A stretch of 64,000 nt of DNA from Gemmatimonadales bacterium. Lineage in GTDB: Bacteria; Gemmatimonadota; Gemmatimonadetes; Gemmatimonadales; GWC2-71-9. The position numbers and the translations under genes are program-made. Every line of letters begins with the position of its first letter. The first letter of the stretch is position 1. Positions 9,503 to 19,177 of this stretch are shown in pieces. Under the pieces are notes generated by a model. The model was given only the letters and a program-made list of their open reading frames with translations, was not told the origin of the DNA and made no database searches. The DNA is taken from positions 43,383 through 107,382 of the forward strand of contig JBAUHI010000027.1 of the NCBI GenBank assembly GCA_049680185.1, given 5' to 3'.

Positions 9503-10302
9503 TCTCCGGCCGGACCCGCACCTTTGCCCTCCTCGGCGATCCCGTCGCCCATTCGCTCTCGCCGGTCATGCAGAACGCTGCGTTTCGCGTCCTGGGCCTC
9601 GATGCGGTGTATGTCGCACTCCAGTGCAATGCCGAACATGTGCCAGCTCTCGCCCGCGCGCTGGTGTCCGCGGGCGGGGGCGGGAACGCCACCATCCCGC
9701 ACAAAGGCGTGCTGGCGGCGGCGCTGGCGCGCCCATCGGCGTTGGTCACTTCGCTCCGGGGCGCTAACACCTTCTGGGGCGACGGCGGCGCACTGGCGGG
9801 CGACAACACCGACGTCGCCGGGATCCTGGACGCGCTGGCTCTGGTCGGGGCACCGGGCAGAGCGTGGTTGGTGATCGGCACCGGTGGAAGCGCACGGGCG
9901 GTGGCCGCAGCGGCGGCAGAGCGGGGTGCCGCCCTCGCCGTTCGATCACGGGATCCGGTGCGGGCCGCGGAGTTCGGGGCGTGGGCCACGAGCATCGGCG
10001 TCGCGGCCGTCGAACCATCGGAGTGCGACGTGCTCATCAATGCCACACCGCTCGGCCTGAAGAGTGGCGACGCGTTGCCGGTGCGGCTCCAGGATCACCC
10101 GCATGCCAAGTGGGCGCTGGACCTGGTCTATGCACCGGCGACGACACCGTGGGTGCGGGCGGCGGTCCGTGGCGGTCTCAGAGCAGCGGACGGACGCGAG
10201 GTCCTCGTGGGACAGGGACGGCGGGCGTTGGAGCGTTGGTTCCCCGGCACTCGCGCACCAGTCGATGTGATGCGCGCGGCGGTGCGGCGTGCCTTGGAGT
10301 GA
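9499..10302 (+). CDS. aroE: Shikimate dehydrogenase
   Basis: GDPVAHSLSPVMQNAAF, NATIPHK, GDNTD, GTGGSARA. ATGA overlap with the upstream stop. Confidence 0.88.
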   Translation: MISGRTRTFALLGDPVAHSLSPVMQNAAFRVLGLDAVYVALQCNAEHVPALARALVSAGGGGNATIPHKGVLAAALARPSALVTSLRGANTFWGDGGALAGDNTDVAGILDALALVGAPGRAWLVIGTGGSARAVAAAAAERGAALAVRSRDPVRAAEFGAWATSIGVAAVEPSECDVLINATPLGLKSGDALPVRLQDHPHAKWALDLVYAPATTPWVRAAVRGGLRAADGREVLVGQGRRALERWFPGTRAPVDVMRAAVRRALE

Positions 10303-10999
10303 ACTGGCCGCCACAGCGTCCGCGCTCGATCGCTGGCTCCTGCCTGGGGAGTGCCTGCTGTGCCGCGGACCCGCCGGTGTCTCCGATGAGCTGGTGTGCG
10401 ATCGCTGCCGGCTTGCGTGGAGGCCGGTCCCGCCGCCTTGGTGCGCGCGCTGCGGCCAGCCACTCGAGGCGGGGATCGCATGTCGCCTCTGCGCCTGGTG
10501 GCCGGCCACGCTCGGTCAGGTCCGGAGTGCCGTGTGGCTGGAGGATGGCGCGCGCCGGGCGGTGCATTGTCTCAAGTACGAGGGTTGGTGGCGGGTCACC
10601 GTACCGATGGCGCGAGCGATGAAGGACCTCGAGCCGCTTGCCGGGCCGATTATCTTGGTAGCAGTGCCGTTAGCCCCGAAGCGGTTGCGGACGCGAGGGT
10701 ATAACCAGAGCGAGCGGCTGGCGGCGGCACTGGCGCGCACCATCGGTCGGCCGGTGGCTTCGGCACTGCGCCGGGTCCGCGAGACGCCGACGCAGACGGC
10801 CCTGACCCCCGAGGCGCGGCTGGCGAACGTGTCCGGCGCCTTTGCCGCTGACGGGGTCAGGGGCCGGACGGTGGTCCTCGTGGACGATGTCTTCACCACC
10901 GGCGCCACCCTCGCTGCCGCCGCCGAAGCGCTCGCGGTCGCGGGTGCCGCGCACGTCGCCGCCGTCACGTTCGCCCGCGCGAGGCCGGTGCTCGGCTGA
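10289..10999 (+). CDS. comF: ComF-family phosphoribosyltransferase-domain protein
   Basis: N-terminal Cys-rich zinc ribbon (CLLC...CDRC...CARCG...CRLC) and PRTase motif VVLVDDVFTTGATL. Confidence 0.8.
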   Translation: MPWSELAATASALDRWLLPGECLLCRGPAGVSDELVCDRCRLAWRPVPPPWCARCGQPLEAGIACRLCAWWPATLGQVRSAVWLEDGARRAVHCLKYEGWWRVTVPMARAMKDLEPLAGPIILVAVPLAPKRLRTRGYNQSERLAAALARTIGRPVASALRRVRETPTQTALTPEARLANVSGAFAADGVRGRTVVLVDDVFTTGATLAAAAEALAVAGAAHVAAVTFARARPVLG

Positions 11000-11059
11000 T
11001 CGGTCCGCGGATCGGGATGGCGGGGGAACACTTCGCACCAACCTTGGAGCTGGGACATC

Positions 11060-12070
11060 ATGGCCATTCGTGTCGCGATCAACGGGTTCGGGCGCATCGG
11101 CCGCAACGTCGTGCGGGCCGCACGGAAGATGCAGGCCCCGCTCGAGATCGTCGCGGTCAACGACCTCACCGACAGCAAGACGCTCGCCCACCTGCTGCAG
11201 CATGATTCCGTCCACGGCCGGTTCGACGGCGCCGTCGGATCCACCGCTGATGGCATCACCATCGATGGCCGCCCGGTCCGGGTGCTGGCGGAGAAGGACC
11301 CGGGCAAGTTGCCGTGGAAGGAACTGGGCGTGGATATCGTCCTCGAATCGACCGGGCGGTTCACCGACCGCGATTCCGCCGCGAAGCACCTCGCCGCGGG
11401 CGCCCGCAAGGTGGTCATTTCCGCGCCGGGCAAGCAGGAGGACATCACCATCGTGTACGGCGTCAACCACACGCGGTACGATGCCGCGAAGCACCACATC
11501 ATCTCGAACGCCAGCTGTACCACCAACTGCCTCGTGCCGGTGGTCCGCATCGTGCTGGATCACTTCGGGTTCGAACGCGGTTTCATGACCACGGTCCACG
11601 CCTACACCAACGACCAGCAGATCCTCGACCTCCCGCACAAGGACCTGCGTCGTGCGCGGGCGGCGGCAATGTCGATCATTCCGACCACCACCGGGGCCGC
11701 GAAGGCGACGGCGTTGGTCATCCCCGAGGTCAAGGGGAAACTCGACGGGATCTCGCTCCGGGTGCCCACGCCCGACGTCTCGATCGTCGACCTGACCTGC
11801 GTGGTCACGACGGCCACGACCACCGAGGAGGTGAATGCGGTGTTCACTGCGGCGGCCTCCACTGGCCCGCTCGCCGGAGTGCTGGCGGTGAGTGCGGAGC
11901 CGCTGGTGTCGATCGACTACACCGGCGACCTACATTCCAGCACGATCGACCTGCTCTCGACCAACGTCATCGACGGTACGCTGGTGCACGTCTCGTCCTG
12001 GTACGACAACGAGATGGGCTACTCCGCGCGTTGTGTGGACCTGATGAATTACATCGGCGCGAGCCGTTGA
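11060..12070 (+). CDS. gap: Glyceraldehyde-3-phosphate dehydrogenase
   Basis: [10 protein letters not shown], active site [19 protein letters not shown]. Confidence 0.96.
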   Translation: MAIRVAINGFGRIGRNVVRAARKMQAPLEIVAVNDLTDSKTLAHLLQHDSVHGRFDGAVGSTADGITIDGRPVRVLAEKDPGKLPWKELGVDIVLESTGRFTDRDSAAKHLAAGARKVVISAPGKQEDITIVYGVNHTRYDAAKHHIISNASCTTNCLVPVVRIVLDHFGFERGFMTTVHAYTNDQQILDLPHKDLRRARAAAMSIIPTTTGAAKATALVIPEVKGKLDGISLRVPTPDVSIVDLTCVVTTATTTEEVNAVFTAAASTGPLAGVLAVSAEPLVSIDYTGDLHSSTIDLLSTNVIDGTLVHVSSWYDNEMGYSARCVDLMNYIGASR

Positions 12071-13257
12071 AGCGCACCCTGCGCGCGCTGGATGGTGCGG
12101 CGCTGGACGGCCGCCGCGCGCTGGTGCGGGTCGATTTCAACTGCCCCATCGATGGCGGCGCGGTCAGCGATGCCACCCGCGTGCGCGCAGCACTCCCCAC
12201 GATCACGTATCTTCGCGACAAGGGATGCCGAGTGGTGTTGCTGTCCCACCTCGGGCGCCCCAAGGGCGGCCCCGATCCGAAGTACTCCCTCCGACCGGTC
12301 GTGACGGTGCTCGAAGCGCTCCTGGGCGCGCCGGTGACCTTCATCCCCGATGCACTCGCCGAGGGCGCGGTCCAGGTCACCAAGCGCCTTCCGCGAGGCG
12401 GGGTGGCGTTGGTCGAGAACACCCGGTTCTATCCCGGCGAGGAGCAGAACGACGCTGGCTTGGCGCAGCGACTCGCGACCCTCGGCGACTTCTACGTCGA
12501 CGATGCCTTCGGCTCCGCCCATCGGGCCCACGCCAGCACGGAGGCGGTGGCCCACCTACTGAAACCCGCCGTCGCCGGGTTCCTGATGGAACGCGAGCTC
12601 GGCTTCCTGGGCCAGGCGCTCGACCAGCCGCGGCGCCCGTTCGTCGCGGTGCTGGGTGGCGCCAAGGTCTCGGGCAAAGTGGACCTCATCGACGCGCTGC
12701 TTCCCAAGGTGGACGCGGTGCTCATCGGCGGTGCGATGGCGTGCACCTTCTTCAAGGCGATGGGTCTCGAGACCGGGATGTCGCTGGTGGAGGCCGATCG
12801 CGTCGAGATGGCGCGCGGACTCATCGCGAAGGCGGGCGCCAAGCTGGTGGTGCCGAGCGGGGCAGTGATCGCTGAACGGCTGGAGGCGACGGCCCCGCGT
12901 CGATCGGTGGCCCGGGATGCCATTCCTGCCGGCTGGGCGATGTTCGACATCGACGCGACGACCGAGGCGGAGTTCGCGCGCCGCATCAGCACCGCCGGGA
13001 CGGTGCTCTGGAATGGACCGATGGGGGTGTTCGAGACACCGCCCTTCGATCACGGTACCCTCGCGGTGGCACAGGCGCTCGCCGCGGCAACGGCTCAGGG
13101 TGTGGTGACGGTGGTCGGTGGCGGCGATTCCGCCGCTGCGGTGGCCCACGCCGGGCTCGCGGACAAGATGAGCCACGTGTCCACCGGCGGCGGCGCTTCG
13201 CTCGAGTTCCTCGAGGGGCGCCCGCTCCCCGGCGTCCTGGCGCTCGACGATGCATAG
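12067..13257 (+). CDS. pgk: Phosphoglycerate kinase
   Basis: [40 protein letters not shown]. The TTG start overlaps the gap stop. The track ORF 11314.. is an out-of-context 5' extension. Confidence 0.95.
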   Translation: MKRTLRALDGAALDGRRALVRVDFNCPIDGGAVSDATRVRAALPTITYLRDKGCRVVLLSHLGRPKGGPDPKYSLRPVVTVLEALLGAPVTFIPDALAEGAVQVTKRLPRGGVALVENTRFYPGEEQNDAGLAQRLATLGDFYVDDAFGSAHRAHASTEAVAHLLKPAVAGFLMERELGFLGQALDQPRRPFVAVLGGAKVSGKVDLIDALLPKVDAVLIGGAMACTFFKAMGLETGMSLVEADRVEMARGLIAKAGAKLVVPSGAVIAERLEATAPRRSVARDAIPAGWAMFDIDATTEAEFARRISTAGTVLWNGPMGVFETPPFDHGTLAVAQALAAATAQGVVTVVGGGDSAAAVAHAGLADKMSHVSTGGGASLEFLEGRPLPGVLALDDA

Positions 13258-14518
13258 CACGAGGAGCGCCAGGGTCCGGTTCGCGCTGGCCTTCATCATC
13301 GGCGGGGTCGGATGCCGTGCGTCCGCCCCACCGTCGCTCCGTCCCTCCGTCTCTGTGCGCGACAGTGCAGGCATCCACCTTGTGGAGGATTCTGCCGCGA
13401 TCTGGGCTCCCCGCCTGGCGTGGTCGGTCGACTCCGTATTGGTCGATGTCGGGTCTCCGGATGGTACGTTCCGCGGATTCGCGAGCCCCGCCACGATGAC
13501 ACGGCTCAGCGATGGTCGCATCGTGGTGGCCGATGCCGGGCTCGACCAACTCATTTACTTCGCGAGTGACGGCCACTTCCTCTACACCGTCGGCGATCGT
13601 GGCCGGGTACCGGGCCAGTTCCAGTCGCTCTGGGGCGTGTTCCGCGGTTCGGCCGACAGTGTGATCGCCTATGACATCGCCGCGAGTCGGGCCACCACAT
13701 TCGATCCGAACGGCGCCTTGGTGGATACCGTCACCATCCCAGTGCCTCCGGGGACCAATGGCTACCTGCCCATCGACCGCGCCGCCAACGGGACGCTGAC
13801 GCTGCTGCGCAACACTACTCCGGTGCCGTTCCCGGGACGTGCCTGGTCGGTCGCGGTCGATTCCGGGGCGGTGGTCCGATTTTCGCCGAAGGGCCTGCTG
13901 ATCGATTCGATCGGTCCGTTCCCGATATCCGAGCTCGTGGGCTTGCCGGTGCCGCAAGCGGGCGGTGGCACGGTCATGCTGCCGATCGAGCGTCCGCTCG
14001 GCCGCAAGGCAGCGTTCGTGGTGCAGGGGGACACCATGTGGGTCACCACCGGCGCCATGCCGTCGATCGACAAGTACGTCGGGGGCCGCCAGGTCGGCAT
14101 CTTCCAATTGCCGGGTTCCCTCACGGTGGTCCCCGCATCGTTGGTGGACGAATACAAACGCCGCCGCCAGCGCACTGGTGCTGGTCCCGTCGGGATCGTC
14201 GATTCGGTCTTCAACGCGTCGCTTGATTCGATCCCCGTCGCTGACTACCTCCCCGGCACCGGTCGGTTGCTGCGCGATCCACGCGGCGACCTCTGGATGC
14301 AGGCCGCCGGTTTCTCCGATCTGGCGCCCGGCGATGCCTCGTTGCGGTGGAGGGTCCTGGCGCCCGACGGGAGCTGGCTGGGGGAGGTGACCCTCCCGCC
14401 CCGCTTCACCGTTCAGGAGATCGGTGCCGACTACCTGCTCGGGTCCTGGCTCCCCGACTCCGGAGGTGCCTTCCACGTGCGACTCTATCGCCTCACCAAG
14501 CCGGCTGGAGGATCGTGA
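13250..14518 (+). CDS. Lipoprotein, 6-bladed beta-propeller (NHL-like) family, function unknown
   Basis: Signal peptide with Cys ([12 protein letters not shown]). Repeated blade-like segments: [31 protein letters not shown], end ...FHVRLYRL. The start overlaps the pgk stop and the stop overlaps the tpiA ATG. Confidence 0.55.
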   Translation: MHSTRSARVRFALAFIIGGVGCRASAPPSLRPSVSVRDSAGIHLVEDSAAIWAPRLAWSVDSVLVDVGSPDGTFRGFASPATMTRLSDGRIVVADAGLDQLIYFASDGHFLYTVGDRGRVPGQFQSLWGVFRGSADSVIAYDIAASRATTFDPNGALVDTVTIPVPPGTNGYLPIDRAANGTLTLLRNTTPVPFPGRAWSVAVDSGAVVRFSPKGLLIDSIGPFPISELVGLPVPQAGGGTVMLPIERPLGRKAAFVVQGDTMWVTTGAMPSIDKYVGGRQVGIFQLPGSLTVVPASLVDEYKRRRQRTGAGPVGIVDSVFNASLDSIPVADYLPGTGRLLRDPRGDLWMQAAGFSDLAPGDASLRWRVLAPDGSWLGEVTLPPRFTVQEIGADYLLGSWLPDSGGAFHVRLYRLTKPAGGS

Positions 14519-15273
14519 TGCGCGACCTTGTCCTCGCTGCCAATTGGAAGATGCAGATGACCCCCGCGGAGGCACGCGACTACGCCGCCGACTTCCTCAC
14601 CCGGGTCCGGCCTCGACTCGGCAGGGACCTCTGGTTCTTCCCGCCGGCGGTGTCGCTCGAGAGCACGGTGCGCTCGTTCCTCGACCGGGCCGATGTGCGG
14701 ATCGGCGCGCAGGACGTGTATTGGGAGGCCAGGGGTGCCTTCACCGGGGCGCTGTCGGTCCCGCTGGTGGCGGCGACCGGTGCTGCGGGGGCGCTGGTGG
14801 GGCATTCGGAGCGACGCCACATCTTCGGCGAGACCGACGCGGACACCGCTCGCAAGGTCCAGGCGCTCCTGGCCGGTGGGCTGGTGCCGCTGCTCTGCGT
14901 GGGCGAACAGCTCGCCGACCGTGAGGCGGGGCGGACCGAGTCCGTCGTCCTGCGCCAGCTCGGTGTCGCACTGGCCGGCGTTGCTCCGACGCAACTCGCT
15001 CGTGTCCTGCTGGCCTACGAACCGGTCTGGGCCATCGGCACCGGGAAAGTCGCCACCCCGGCCGATGCGGCGCAGGTGCACCGGATCCTGCGGGCGCAGA
15101 TGACGACGCTCGGAGCGCCGGGGCGCTGCCGCATCCTGTACGGTGGCAGCGTCAATTCGGGGAACGCAGGCGGACTGGTGGCCGAGCCGGAGGTCGACGG
15201 CCTGCTGGTGGGTGGCGCCAGCCTGACACCCGACGGCTGGGCCGCGGTGGCGGGGGCAGCGGACGCCGCGTGA
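14518..15273 (+). CDS. tpiA: Triose-phosphate isomerase
   Basis: AANWKM, GHSERR, AYEPVWAIGTG. ATG within GTGATG, overlapping the upstream stop. Confidence 0.93.
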   Translation: MRDLVLAANWKMQMTPAEARDYAADFLTRVRPRLGRDLWFFPPAVSLESTVRSFLDRADVRIGAQDVYWEARGAFTGALSVPLVAATGAAGALVGHSERRHIFGETDADTARKVQALLAGGLVPLLCVGEQLADREAGRTESVVLRQLGVALAGVAPTQLARVLLAYEPVWAIGTGKVATPADAAQVHRILRAQMTTLGAPGRCRILYGGSVNSGNAGGLVAEPEVDGLLVGGASLTPDGWAAVAGAADAA

Positions 15274-15282
15274 ACGCGAGCG

Positions 15283-15311
15283 TTGCCGGGACCCTGCAGC
15301 CCCGTTAATAT
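15283..15311 (+). promoter_or_regulatory. Candidate promoter for secG
   Basis: TTGCCG (15283-15288), 17-nt spacer, TAATAT (15306-15311). Followed by a GGAG SD and ATG 15336. Confidence 0.45.
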
Positions 15312-15335
15312 TCCGCCGCTCAAGGAGAGAGACCC

Positions 15336-15779
15336 ATGTTCACGCTGTTCCTCGTGCTGGTCATCATCGTCGGTATCCTGCTGTCCGTGGCCGTCCTGCT
15401 CCAGGCCGGTTCCGGAGGCGGGCTCGCGTCGATGGGTGGCGGCCAGATGATGGATTCCAATATCGTCGGCGGCCGCCAGGCGGTGACGCTGCTGACCAAG
15501 GGCACCTGGTGGCTGGGCGGGATCTTCCTCTTCCTGTCGCTGATGCTCTCGGTCATGTCGGCCAATCGCAGCCAGACGCCCAGCGCGGTGCAGCAGCAGC
15601 TGCAGTCGAGCCCGGTGGCTCCGACCCAGCAGTCGCTCCCGTTCAGCAACTCGACCGGCGCCGCTCCGACGGGTACGACGACGCCTGCCGCGGGCGCTCC
15701 GGCCGCTGGTTCCTTGCCGACCGGCACCGCGCCCGTACCCGCCGCCACTCCGGCGGCCCCGGCGAACAAGAAGAAGTAA
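15336..15779 (+). CDS. secG: Preprotein translocase subunit SecG with a long low-complexity C-terminal tail
   Basis: MFTLFLVLVIIVGILLSVAVLLQAGSGGGLAS plus a second TM helix. Conserved tpiA-secG synteny. GGAG SD 9 nt upstream. Confidence 0.8.
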   Translation: MFTLFLVLVIIVGILLSVAVLLQAGSGGGLASMGGGQMMDSNIVGGRQAVTLLTKGTWWLGGIFLFLSLMLSVMSANRSQTPSAVQQQLQSSPVAPTQQSLPFSNSTGAAPTGTTTPAAGAPAAGSLPTGTAPVPAATPAAPANKKK

Positions 15780-15804
15780 GTTGACGCGATCGAACGGATC
15801 CGCG

Positions 15805-15836
15805 GGCGGGGTGGCCGAATGACCGGCCGCCCCGCC
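15805..15836 (+). other. 12-bp GC-rich hairpin with the carA ATG in its loop (secG terminator and/or translational control)
   Basis: GGCGGGGTGGCC (15805-15816) pairs with GGCCGCCCCGCC (15825-15836): 11 WC pairs plus 1 G-U. The 8-nt loop GAATGACC contains ATG 15819. Confidence 0.45.
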
Positions 15837-16934
15837 TTCGTCTTGCTGGAGGACGGTGCGTGGTTCGCTGGCACGGCGCCGCTCAAGAGCCCCGAGGCCT
15901 TCGGCGAAGTGGTCTTCACGACCGGTCTCTCCGGGTACCAGGAGACTTTCACCGATCCGAGCTTCCTCGGCCAGATCGTGGTGATGACCGCGCCGATGAT
16001 CGGCAACTACGGGGTCAATGCGGACGACATGGAATCGGCCGCGCCGCAGGTCGCCGGGGTGGTGGTGCGGGAGCTGGCCAAGCACCCGTCGAACTATCGG
16101 TCCACCCAGGCCCTGGGAGAGTGGCTGGCGCAGCACCATATCCCGGTCATCGAGGATGTCGATACCCGCGCCCTCACCCGTCACATCCGGGACAAGGGCG
16201 CCATGCGCGGCGTCATCGCCGAGGGCACCGGCCCCACCCCCGAATTGACCGCGCGATTGCTCGCGAGCCCGTCGATGGACGGTTTGGACCTCGCCTCCCG
16301 GGCCGGCGCCGGAGCCGGTGGGACGTTCGGGTCGGGCCCCCGGGTGGTGGCCTACGACTTCGGGATGAAGCGCAACATCGTCCGGATGCTGGTCGCCGCA
16401 GGGCTCGAGGTGGTGGTGGTGCCGGCGGGGACTGGGGCAGACGAGGTGCGGGCGCTTTCTCCAGCCGGACTCTTCCTCTCCAATGGTCCCGGCGATCCGG
16501 CACCCCTGGCCCAGGCCATCGCCAGCATCCGTTCGTTGGGCGATTCCGGCATCCCGACATTCGGCATCTGCTTGGGGCATCAGCTCTTGGGACTCGCCTA
16601 CGGAGGCCGGACCGTGAAGCTCCCATACGGGCACCGGGGTGGGAATCACCCGGTGCGGGAACTCAAGACCGGACGGGTGCTGATCACCTCCCAGAATCAT
16701 GGCTTTGCCGTCGAGGGCGAAACCGCTGGAAGCCGCATTCCGGGCGCCCCGGAGCTCGAATTGACCCACCGGAATCTGAACGATGGGACGGTCGAGGGAC
16801 TCCGTCACCGGACCCTTCCGATCTTCGCGGTGCAGTACCATCCCGAGGCCGCACCGGGCCCCCACGACGCCTACCCGCACTTCCAGGAGTTCCTGGATCT
16901 GCTGGCCACCCCCTCCCCGGCCGGAAGGGGATGA
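15819..16934 (+). CDS. carA: Carbamoyl-phosphate synthase small (glutaminase) subunit
   Basis: [26 protein letters not shown] catalytic Cys, QYHPEA. Confidence 0.95.
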   Translation: MTGRPAFVLLEDGAWFAGTAPLKSPEAFGEVVFTTGLSGYQETFTDPSFLGQIVVMTAPMIGNYGVNADDMESAAPQVAGVVVRELAKHPSNYRSTQALGEWLAQHHIPVIEDVDTRALTRHIRDKGAMRGVIAEGTGPTPELTARLLASPSMDGLDLASRAGAGAGGTFGSGPRVVAYDFGMKRNIVRMLVAAGLEVVVVPAGTGADEVRALSPAGLFLSNGPGDPAPLAQAIASIRSLGDSGIPTFGICLGHQLLGLAYGGRTVKLPYGHRGGNHPVRELKTGRVLITSQNHGFAVEGETAGSRIPGAPELELTHRNLNDGTVEGLRHRTLPIFAVQYHPEAAPGPHDAYPHFQEFLDLLATPSPAGRG

Positions 16935-16946
16935 GGGCCCAACCCC

Positions 16947-16975
16947 TTGACAGTCAACAGGTAAGCTCGTAGAGT
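16947..16975 (+). promoter_or_regulatory. Sigma70-type promoter of the HU/IHF gene
   Basis: Perfect TTGACA (16947-16952), 17-nt spacer, TAGAGT (16970-16975). ~50-nt leader with GGAGG before ATG 17032. Confidence 0.6.
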
Positions 16976-17031
16976 CTCCTGCGTCCGCCCCGATTGCCGG
17001 GGCGCTTCCGGAACCCCGGCGGAGGGGACGC

Positions 17032-17355
17032 ATGACCAAGGCAGATCTCGTCGAGCAAGTCACCGCGTCCATCGCCCGCACGGCCGGCCCGATGATCTCC
17101 AAGAAGGACTGCGCCCGCGTGGTGGACGCATTCCTCGATGCCGTGAAGGATGCCCTCAAGGCCCAGCACAACATCGAAGTGCGGGGGTTCGGCACCTTCA
17201 AGATCCGGCGCCGGAAGACCCGGATGGCGCGCAATCCTCGCACCGGCGACCCAGTGGAAGTCGCCGCTCGGCCAGTGCCGGTGTTCAAGCCCAGCAAGGA
17301 GTTGCGAGCTTTGGTGGCGGAAGAGGACGCCCCCACCGAGCAGCCGGTCTCCTGA
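17032..17355 (+). CDS. HU/IHF-family DNA-binding protein
   Basis: MTKADLV...GFGTFKIRRRKTRMARNPRTGDPVEV beta-arm motif. Own promoter, GGAGG SD and terminator. Confidence 0.9.
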   Translation: MTKADLVEQVTASIARTAGPMISKKDCARVVDAFLDAVKDALKAQHNIEVRGFGTFKIRRRKTRMARNPRTGDPVEVAARPVPVFKPSKELRALVAEEDAPTEQPVS

Positions 17356-17380
17356 TCCGGGCCGTCGCATATTTCCCCGG

Positions 17381-17400
17381 GGGCCGCTCTGAGGCGGCCC
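17381..17400 (+). terminator. Rho-independent terminator after the HU/IHF gene
   Basis: GGGCCGC (17381-87) / GCGGCCC (17394-400), loop TCTGAG, followed by TTTGCATTTCC. Confidence 0.6.
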
Positions 17401-17422
17401 TTTGCATTTCCTCGGAGTCCAC

Positions 17423-17686
17423 GTGCCCTCATCCCGATCGGTCACCGTCACGGTCAGGTTCCTGGCGCGCTACGCGGAGCTCGCCGGTCAGGACACGGTG
17501 ACGGTCACGGCCCCGATCCCCGCCACCGTCGATTCGGTGCTTGTCCGCCTCCGCGAGGTCCACCCGTCGGCCAGTCGGCTCCCGTCCAAGCCGTTGTGCG
17601 CGCGCAACTTCCGGCAGGTCCTGGGGGCTGAATCGGTGGCCGATGGCGACGAGATCGCGCTGCTCCCACCGATGTCGGGCGGCTGA
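17423..17686 (+). CDS. moaD: Molybdopterin synthase sulfur-carrier subunit MoaD
   Basis: Ubiquitin-like small protein ending ...LLPPMSGG. The GTG at 17423 has a GGAG 5 nt upstream. Track start 17402 (TTG) lies inside the terminator tail. Confidence 0.75.
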   Translation: MPSSRSVTVTVRFLARYAELAGQDTVTVTAPIPATVDSVLVRLREVHPSASRLPSKPLCARNFRQVLGAESVADGDEIALLPPMSGG

Positions 17687-17687
17687 G

Positions 17688-18134
17688 ATGCCGTTCCTCA
17701 CCGAGCAGGACCTGAGCATCGATGATCTTGCCGCCCTGGTCGCGGCACCTGATCGCGGGGCCATCGTGTCCTTCGTCGGGACGGTGCGCGATCACCACGC
17801 CGGTCGGAGCGTGCTGCGGCTGGAGTACTCGGCCTACCCCGAAATGGCGGAAATGGAGTGCGAGGCGGTGGTCCTGGAGGCCCAGCGGCGCTGGTCGGTC
17901 GCCGTTGCCCTGCGGCACCGGACCGGCCAGTTGGTCGTGGGCGACGCGGCGGTGGCGGTGGTCGTGGCGGCGGCGCATCGGGACGTGGCCTTCGACGCCT
18001 GCCGTTTCGTGATCGACGAAGTGAAACGGCGAGTGCCGATCTGGAAGAAGGAGTTCTACGCCGACGGATCGGTGGCATGGGTCGATCCGACCGCGTCCGG
18101 CGGCACCGTCCCTTCGGAGCGTCCCGATGCCTGA
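17688..18134 (+). CDS. moaE: Molybdopterin synthase catalytic subunit MoaE
   Basis: GAIVSFVGTVRDHH, VPIWKKE motif. The ATG lies 1 nt after the moaD stop. Confidence 0.88.
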   Translation: MPFLTEQDLSIDDLAALVAAPDRGAIVSFVGTVRDHHAGRSVLRLEYSAYPEMAEMECEAVVLEAQRRWSVAVALRHRTGQLVVGDAAVAVVVAAAHRDVAFDACRFVIDEVKRRVPIWKKEFYADGSVAWVDPTASGGTVPSERPDA

Positions 18135-19176
18135 TCGCTCCGCCACAGCGACCCTCCGCCCCTCCGACCGCCTCGGCCGCCCCCTCCGCTCGCTCCGCAT
18201 CTCGGTGACCGATCGGTGCAACCTTCGGTGCCGCTACTGCATGCCCGAGGACGAGTACACCTGGCTGCCCAAGGACTCGATCCTCTCTTTCGAGGAGATC
18301 GCGCGCCTGGCCCGAGTGTTCGCGGTGCTGGGCGTCGATCGGCTCCGGCTCACTGGCGGCGAGCCCCTGATGCGTCGCGACCTGCCGGCGCTCGTCAAGC
18401 TGCTCCACTCCGAGGTGGGACCGAAGGACCTGGCGCTTACCACCAACGGTCTCCTGCTTGCAGAGGCGGCGCCGGCGCTCAAGAGCGCCGGGCTCGAGCG
18501 AGTGACGGTCAGTCTCGATACGCTCCGTTCCGACCGGGCCCGGGAGTTCTCCCGCACCACCCGCCACTCAGACATCGTGGACGGGATCAAAGCGGCGGTC
18601 GCGATCGGATTTACGCCGGTCAAGCTCAATGCCGTCGTGATCCGCGGCTTCAACGATGACGAGCTGGTCGACCTCCTCGATTTTGCGCGCGAGGTCGGCG
18701 CCGAGATGCGCTTCATCGAGTATATGGATGTGGGGGGCGCCACGCGGTGGCGGATGGAGGATGTGGTACCGCTGGCGGAGCTCCTGGAGCGGATCGGCGC
18801 GGCGCGGGGCGAGGTGGTGCCGGTAACCGGGCGGGGGAGTGCGCCAGCAGACCGGTTCCAGCTGTCCGACGGGACCGTGTTCGGCGTCGTGGCCAGCACC
18901 ACGGCACCCTTTTGCCGAGATTGTGACCGAGGTCGGCTCACCGCCGATGGTACATTCCTGAGTTGCCTTTACGCGCGGGACGGGCTCGACCTCAGGGCCC
19001 CGCTTCGCGCCGGAGCGACCGACGCGGAACTCACCGCGCTGATCGCCGATCGTTGGACCGCCCGGGAGGACCGCGGCGCAGAGGAGCGCCTCGAGGCGCC
19101 CGAGCGTGGCGTGTTGGTGCCGCTCGCAGGGCTCCGGAGCGATCCGCACCGAGAAATGCACACGAGAGGCGGGTAA
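18127..19176 (+). CDS. moaA: GTP 3',8-cyclase MoaA (radical SAM)
   Basis: LRISVTDRCNLRCRYCMP, C-terminal cluster FCRDCDRGRLTADG. Overlaps the moaE stop. Confidence 0.95.
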   Translation: MPDRSATATLRPSDRLGRPLRSLRISVTDRCNLRCRYCMPEDEYTWLPKDSILSFEEIARLARVFAVLGVDRLRLTGGEPLMRRDLPALVKLLHSEVGPKDLALTTNGLLLAEAAPALKSAGLERVTVSLDTLRSDRAREFSRTTRHSDIVDGIKAAVAIGFTPVKLNAVVIRGFNDDELVDLLDFAREVGAEMRFIEYMDVGGATRWRMEDVVPLAELLERIGAARGEVVPVTGRGSAPADRFQLSDGTVFGVVASTTAPFCRDCDRGRLTADGTFLSCLYARDGLDLRAPLRAGATDAELTALIADRWTAREDRGAEERLEAPERGVLVPLAGLRSDPHREMHTRGG

Positions 19177-19177
19177 C

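Noticed and set aside
15015-17432. 805-aa minus-strand ORF spanning tpiA, secG, carA and the HU/IHF gene
   Set aside because: Same antisense-shadow signature (R/G/P/A-rich). It crosses several well-supported plus-strand genes and their promoter and terminator.
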